This document shows positions 60,804-64,000 of a stretch of 64,000 nucleotides of DNA, one piece after another (position 1 is the stretch's first letter; every line of letters starts with the position of its first letter). The DNA comes from an uncultured Saccharofermentans sp. (lineage in GTDB: Bacteria; Bacillota; Clostridia; Saccharofermentanales; UBA5734): the NCBI GenBank assembly GCA_963675845.1, contig OY776634.1, forward strand, positions 1,952,633 to 2,016,632, read 5' to 3'. Below the pieces are notes generated by a model, which was not told the DNA's origin, ran no database searches, and saw nothing but the letters and a program-made list of their open reading frames with translations. The position numbers and the translations under genes are program-made.

Positions 60804-62102
60804 ATGACAGACAAGAACCGATCAAAATACCAGCAGACAAGGCAAGTCCTCCTGCGAGGTTTGAGCCTGACCCTTGCGCTTGTTTGGCTGATTGCTATGA
60901 ACAGCGCCTGCCTGCCGTTTTCACTCGAGACCCATGATACCATTGTCGATGTCGAGTTTTCCGACCGGACGCAGACCCAAACCCAGACCCAAACTCAGAC
61001 GAAGGCTACGACTGTCTCTTCGCCGGCTACAGAGCCAGCTACGTTGCAAACAACTGCAGCTTCTGGTGAAACATTCATCAAGGAAGTTCGGTGGATTATT
61101 CTGACAGGGCTTGCCAGCAATATGCGCACGATCATTCTGGATACTGTGGTTCGCGACTACAGCATTCCGGAAAGCGACGTGCAAAAGACCATTGATCAGG
61201 TTTTCGCAATATACCAGGATGTTTACCGTACACATGCTGAATACTTTTACCTGAGCGGCTCGATTAATGTCGGATATTCCCTGGATGGCCAGGACAATGT
61301 GCTGGCGGGTTTGATCATCGAACCGGTACTCTGGCCGATTTTCGCAGGCTTGGCTGAACCGGCGCTCCAGGATCTGATCGACGAAGTTGAACTTGCGGCA
61401 GACACTCTGGCTCAGGAGATCGCCGCCGAAACCTCGGTACCCTGGCGCCAGCTGCAATTAATTCACGACAAGCTGGTGCGCCTGATCCGCTATGACGAGA
61501 CCATGGATCAGGATCGCAACCAGGCTTACAGCGCCCTGGTTGAGAAGATTACGCTGTGTCAGGGCTACGCCCAATCCTTTGCCTTGATCGGCCAACGTCT
61601 TGGGTTTGACATAGAAATGATCACCGGCGAGGCGGATGGCACCGGACATGCCTGGAACCTGGTCTGGCTGGACGGCAAGCCCTACCATGTGGATGTCACC
61701 TTCGATGACCCGACGCCGGATGGCGGCAGTGCCGCCCCGGTCCAGCATGCCTATTTTCTGCGATCCGATGCCGTGATAAGCCAGACCCATACCTGGGATG
61801 AAAGCCAGTTTGCCGCCTGTCCTCAAGACTGGGCCGCGTATTACCGAGAACAAAATCTCGTTGTCAACGACCGGGCCCAGCTGATCGGACGATTGAATGA
61901 TTTCGTGGCTGCGATTGATTATGCCACCCCTGAAATAAACCGGCTTGAGATCCTGGATGACAGTTCTGACCTGCCGGACAGCGCTGAACTTGAGGATCTG
62001 GTCAGGCAGGCTCTGCAGCAGCACGCAGCCGGATATTCCGTTCACTTTAGTTACCAGATTGTATTGGATATCGTCATCGTCGAGATCAGTCCGGACGCAT
62101 GA
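60804..62102 (+). CDS. Transglutaminase-like domain protein (secreted or lipid-anchored)
   Basis: N-terminal TM/signal, a (TQ)5 tract, and the Cys-His-Asp core LCQGYAQSF..GHAWNLVWL..YHVDVTFDD. Confidence 0.8.
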   Translation: MTDKNRSKYQQTRQVLLRGLSLTLALVWLIAMNSACLPFSLETHDTIVDVEFSDRTQTQTQTQTQTKATTVSSPATEPATLQTTAASGETFIKEVRWIILTGLASNMRTIILDTVVRDYSIPESDVQKTIDQVFAIYQDVYRTHAEYFYLSGSINVGYSLDGQDNVLAGLIIEPVLWPIFAGLAEPALQDLIDEVELAADTLAQEIAAETSVPWRQLQLIHDKLVRLIRYDETMDQDRNQAYSALVEKITLCQGYAQSFALIGQRLGFDIEMITGEADGTGHAWNLVWLDGKPYHVDVTFDDPTPDGGSAAPVQHAYFLRSDAVISQTHTWDESQFAACPQDWAAYYREQNLVVNDRAQLIGRLNDFVAAIDYATPEINRLEILDDSSDLPDSAELEDLVRQALQQHAAGYSVHFSYQIVLDIVIVEISPDA

Positions 62103-62126
62103 TGATTGGATCGGGAGGGATACAAC

Positions 62127-63059
62127 ATGATCAAAAGACTCGATCAGATTGAAGGCTTAATCTCAGGACTCAAGCCTGGCCGGATCGCGGTCGCTGCCGC
62201 TCATGAGAGCTATGTGCTGCAGTCGGTCGCAGCAGTCCATGCGAAAGGCTATGGCTTGCCGGTCCTGATCGGCGACAAGGAGAAAATCCTGGCCTTGGCC
62301 GACGAGATGGCACTGGACATTTCCGGCATGGCCATCATCAAGGAGTTGGATACGCTGCGCTGCGCCGAAATCGCGGCCAGCCTGGTCGGCAGCGACGAGG
62401 CTGACGTCTTGATGAAAGGCCAGATCCAGACATCTGATCTGCTGAAAGCCGTACTCGAGCGGGACCGGGGTCTTCGCACCGGCCGGCTGATGAGCCATAT
62501 CGGTGTCTATGAGATTGGCCATTATGACAAGCTGCTGTTTGTCACGGACGGCGGCATCAACATCGCCCCGGATCTCCGGCAGAAGGTTGAAATCATCAAG
62601 AATGCGTTGAAACTCACCCGCCTGTTCGGCATCGACCGCCCCAAGGTCGCAGCCCTGACTGCCGTTGAAACCGTCAATCCGGCGATGCCGAGTACGCTGG
62701 ATGCCGCCGCGCTGTCCAAAATGGCGCAGCGCGGTCAGATTCCGGACTGCGAGATCGACGGACCGCTGGCGATGGACAATGCGATCAACCGAGTTGCGGC
62801 CGAGCACAAACAGATTATCAGTGAAGTGGCGGGCGATGCCGACATTTTGCTGGCGCCGGACATCGAAGCCGGTAATATTCTGGTCAAGGCCCTGATCTTT
62901 TTAGGCCAGGCCAGGTCCTGCGGCATCATCACCGGCGCGAAGGCGCCGCTGGTTGTCACCTCGCGCGCAGAAAGCTCTGAAGCCAAGTATTATTCCATGC
63001 TGCTGGCACTGGCCATGGCTGGCCTGCCGGATGAAGACGGGAAGGGGATTAGATCATGA
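62127..63059 (+). CDS. ptb: Phosphate butyryltransferase / phosphate acyltransferase (PTA_PTB family)
   Basis: ATG 62127 follows GGGAGGG. FVTDGGINIAPD, ILLAPDIEAGNILVK. ~310 aa, typical of Ptb. Confidence 0.8.
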   Translation: MIKRLDQIEGLISGLKPGRIAVAAAHESYVLQSVAAVHAKGYGLPVLIGDKEKILALADEMALDISGMAIIKELDTLRCAEIAASLVGSDEADVLMKGQIQTSDLLKAVLERDRGLRTGRLMSHIGVYEIGHYDKLLFVTDGGINIAPDLRQKVEIIKNALKLTRLFGIDRPKVAALTAVETVNPAMPSTLDAAALSKMAQRGQIPDCEIDGPLAMDNAINRVAAEHKQIISEVAGDADILLAPDIEAGNILVKALIFLGQARSCGIITGAKAPLVVTSRAESSEAKYYSMLLALAMAGLPDEDGKGIRS

Positions 63060-63556
63060 CGAAAACAACCAAGACAATATTATCGGTCTGGGTGGAAGAC
63101 AAGGCCGGGGTACTCTGGCATGTCAGCCAGCTGTTTGGCGAGCAGGACTGCAATATCGAGAGCCTGACGGTTGGCGGCACTGAAAAGCCCGGCGTCTCCC
63201 GAATGACCATTGTTGTCGACGGCAAACAAGATGCCGTCGACCAGGTGATCTCAAAGATGCAGCGCATGACCGACTTGATCAAGGTGCGGCGAATCGACGA
63301 TGATGAATCGGTCATGATGGAACTGGCCCTGATCATGGTCCGCGCTGAAGATGACAAGAAAACCGACATCATCAACATGGTCAATGTCTTCAGGGCCAGG
63401 ATAGTCGATGTGGCTGCCGAGTCCATGACCGTGGCCGCCACCGGCGGCCAGGTCAAGATCCAGGCGATGCTCGACCTGATGCGTCAGTTCGGCATTGTCG
63501 AGATCGTCCGCACCGGCCCGATTGCTATCGACCGCGGCAAGCGCGAATCAAGCTGA
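63056..63556 (+). CDS. ilvN: Acetolactate synthase small (regulatory) subunit, ACT domain
   Basis: [47 protein letters not shown] is collinear with IlvH/IlvN. ATGA overlap with ptb. Confidence 0.8.
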   Translation: MTKTTKTILSVWVEDKAGVLWHVSQLFGEQDCNIESLTVGGTEKPGVSRMTIVVDGKQDAVDQVISKMQRMTDLIKVRRIDDDESVMMELALIMVRAEDDKKTDIINMVNVFRARIVDVAAESMTVAATGGQVKIQAMLDLMRQFGIVEIVRTGPIAIDRGKRESS

Positions 63557-64000
63557 CAGATCGGTTTCAAACTGGCTGTTATATAGGTTGGCGTAGAACC
63601 CTTCGTCCGCAAGCAGCTGCTGGTGCGTGCCCTGTTCGACGATGTCGCCGTCGCGCATGACCAGGATCATGTCCGCATCGCGGATCGTTGACAGACGGTG
63701 GGCGATAATGAAGCTGGTCCGGTCTTTCATCAGCCGCGCCATAGCTTTCTGGATAATGATTTCGGTACGGGTGTCGACCGAGCTGGTCGCTTCGTCCAGG
63801 ATCAGGATTTTGGGATCGACCAGGAAGGCCCTGGCAATGGTCAGGAGCTGCTTCTGACCCTGGGAGATATTGGTGCCTTCCTCGTTCAGCATCAGGTCAT
63901 AGCCATGGGGCTGGGTGTGGATGAAATGATCGGCATAGGCCGCCTTGGCAGCTTCCTGGATTTCCGCTTCGGTCGCGTCCGGCCTGCCATAGGCGATATT
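63548..64000 (-). CDS. ABC transporter ATP-binding/permease, C-terminal NBD part (partial, continues past right edge)
   Basis: [39 protein letters not shown]. The frame stays open to position 64000 (...[27 protein letters not shown]...). Confidence 0.88.
   Translation of the reverse strand, partial: NIAYGRPDATEAEIQEAAKAAYADHFIHTQPHGYDLMLNEEGTNISQGQKQLLTIARAFLVDPKILILDEATSSVDTRTEIIIQKAMARLMKDRTSFIIAHRLSTIRDADMILVMRDGDIVEQGTHQQLLADEGFYANLYNSQFETDLSA

Noticed and set aside
60921-62045. Two minus-strand ORFs (178 and 195 aa)
   Set aside because: Both are antisense to the transglutaminase-like gene, which has the Cys-His-Asp core. No independent signals.

Overview
This is a bacterial chromosomal window with a visibly GC-rich backbone. 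Gene content, tRNAs with encoded CCA and strong GGAGG ribosome-binding sites suggest a Gram-positive anaerobe of the Bacillota/Clostridia type, but the taxon cannot be fixed without a search. Two AT-rich, apparently acquired blocks interrupt the backbone. (1) Left edge, 1-2900: an ABC ATPase, a small secreted aromatic-rich protein and FtsX-like permease(s), a candidate lactococcin-972-type bacteriocin/immunity cassette. (2) 10.8-22.7 kb: a roughly 9-kb RHS/YD-repeat polymorphic toxin gene (DNRLRE domain, FN3-like modules, RHS shell, C-terminal AHH-type HNH/EndoVII nuclease). It is separated from its signal-peptide module by a GTGA junction. A 298-aa beta-propeller-like candidate immunity gene and nested IS66/IS66/IS21 remnants follow. 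The most unusual metabolic locus lies at 42.8-53.4 kb. It holds three paralogous pairs of a small subunit plus a xylose-isomerase-like TIM barrel that resemble C-glycoside deglycosidase (C-C bond cleaving) beta/alpha subunits. With them are two SDR oxidoreductases, a URO-D-superfamily gene and an RpiR regulator. Other notable items: a SatD/DUF3307 pair; a DEDDh-exonuclease-BRCT gene translationally coupled to two membrane proteins; a CARDB surface protein with three near-identical 126-nt Cys-rich repeats; a catalytically degenerate ABC nucleotide-binding protein next to a C39-like peptidase; and several decayed genes. The rest is housekeeping, transport and regulation: dcd, a CimA/LeuA-family synthase, rpsU, tRNA-fMet, tRNA-Leu, hflKC, thpR, comFB, ptb, ilvN, MFS and ABC transporters, and MarR/GntR/TetR/RpiR regulators. 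All family calls come from motif recognition by eye; no database search was run.
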